Below are positions 62,421 to 64,000 of a stretch of DNA of 64,000 bases, in pieces. The translations under genes were made by a program, and so were the position numbers. Origin of the DNA: Octopus sinensis (lineage: Eukaryota); contig NC_043017.1 in NCBI RefSeq assembly GCF_006345805.1, forward strand, positions 10,106,001 to 10,170,000. Direction: 5' to 3'. Every line of letters starts with the position of its first letter. Position 1 is the first letter of the stretch. The notes under the pieces were generated by a model. That model had not been told where the DNA came from, did not search any database, and was given only the letters and a program-made list of their open reading frames with translations.

Positions 62421-64000
62421 AGAAGTAAAAATCTCTGTGAATGAAATTCTTAAAAGATATGATATCAGTTTTGGAATCAGAGGAGCAGCACCGAATGTGA
62501 TAAATTCTTTATTAAAGATGGGCCCAGCTGTCTAATTTCACAGATTGGTGTTATTTTAGGGGAGTTGAAGATGGACAAATGCTGAGTCTACTCAGAACGG
62601 AAACAGATGTTTGGTCTGTGATGGGTAGGATCTCTCTGTCTGTCTCTCTGTGTCTAACAATCCTTCCTCCACCTCCCTCTCTTTATCTATATCTCCCCAT
62701 TTTCCTATTTTTTGTTTCTTTCTTATACCTATCTATCAATCTATGTATTCCTCTATCTATCTATCTATCTATCTACCTGCCTGTTTATTTTATTTATTTA
62801 TTTATTTTTGTTCTTTTCTCCCCTTTTACGATCCCTCTTGATCGAAAACCTACGCCACCCCTTTTTTTTCTTTTGTTTTTTGTTTTTTTCATCCCCCAAA
62901 AGAAAAGCTCTACCTTGTAACTTGTCCCATCTGTGTGCAGCCCTGTGTGGCCAATAAAGAAACTTATCTACCTGCCTGCCTATCTATCTCTCTATATCTC
63001 AGACTATCTCCCTATCTGTCTGTTTGTCCATCCATCCATCCATCCATCAACCCATTAGCCTATCTGTCTACCTATCTTTCGGTCTATTTCCCTATCTCTC
63101 TGTCTATTTATCTCTCTATCGACCGATCTGTCAGTGTGTCTATCTTTTTCATTATTAAAATAAGTTCGAAGTGTTGATAATTTTCTCTTATGACGTCTCA
63201 TAAATACTGATTGTTTGGCTAAACTAAACATCATCATCACCATTTCAATGTCCACTTTCCCATGCTTGCATCGGTCAAATGGAATTTGTTGAGGCAGATA
63301 TTCTACGGCTGGATGCTCTTTCTATCACCAACACTCACTTGTATCCATGCAAGGTAATATTTTTCCAAGGCCTGACATGTTTTTCACAGAAGACTGGAAA
63401 TGAATGAATTTGCTCATTTACAGCCATCATGTGACGTCTAGACAACGTTATCCACAACCACATGCACGCACACACACACACACATAAATACATACATGCA
63501 CACATACATATATTTGTGAGTAAATGTCTGACAGTCTGGATAATCTTGGATTTTCCAAAAGCAGAAATCAACCAAATAACTCACACACTGCAAATACAAT
63601 CTGTAAGTGGAACAGTAAAAATATTCAAGACTTTTCCCAAGTTTAAAACGTGATTGTTTTTGTTATCTACATTCCAAAGATGGAGTTTCATATCTTTGTT
63701 AGAATCCAGCTCCTTACTCAAAAGAAGAATCTAAATCATTGAAAACAGAAAAGAACATACATACATACACACAATGGGCTTCCTTCAGTTTCCATTTATT
63801 AAACTTTGGTTGGCCTGGAGCTATAATAGAAGACACTTTCCCAAGGTGCCTTGCAGTGGGATTGAACCCATGGCCTCGGCATTTCCTGTATATACTGTGT
63901 ATAGTTTTATATTATTTACTTTGAAATGTCAAACAGTGTTTCGTGTTTTATTGTTCTCATCTCTTCTTAAAGAAGGCAAAACTAAGATTTATGCAGTCTT

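Noticed and set aside
62470-62560. Short unique island between low-complexity tracts (possible exon or conserved element)
   Set aside because: No clear ORF, splice pair or recognisable RNA motif.

Overview
Eukaryotic, AT-rich, microsatellite- and SINE-dense genomic DNA. The SINE families and repeat landscape look like octopus or another coleoid cephalopod (inference). One complete protein-coding gene can be assembled by hand on the + strand from five coding exons: 41361-41643, 42730-42939, 43714-43814, 44863-45015 and 47651-47707. All introns are GT-AG with consistent phases, giving 267 aa. The product is a cation-dependent (CCoAOMT/Methyltransf_3-type) O-methyltransferase whose motifs closely resemble, from my memory of the family, MysB, the 4-deoxygadusol O-methyltransferase of mycosporine-like amino acid (MAA) sunscreen biosynthesis. 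A probable first coding exon of a small membrane-protein gene lies on the - strand at 12579-12749, with a candidate divergent transcript next to it. The rest is mobile DNA: three tRNA-derived SINE families; CR1/L2 and RTE LINE fragments; a solo LTR with TSD; Merlin-like, piggyBac-like and mariner MITEs; a maT/Tc1 transposase relic; a Helitron helicase relic and a complete mini-Helitron; and a Naiad-type Penelope-like relic. About ten minimal type-I hammerhead-ribozyme-like motifs also occur, several inside (TA)n tracts or long hairpins, and one set in a ~320-bp tandem, retrozyme-like array. Most short ORFs in the supplied track are repeat or microsatellite artefacts. Repeat boundaries are read by eye and are approximate unless a TSD is given.
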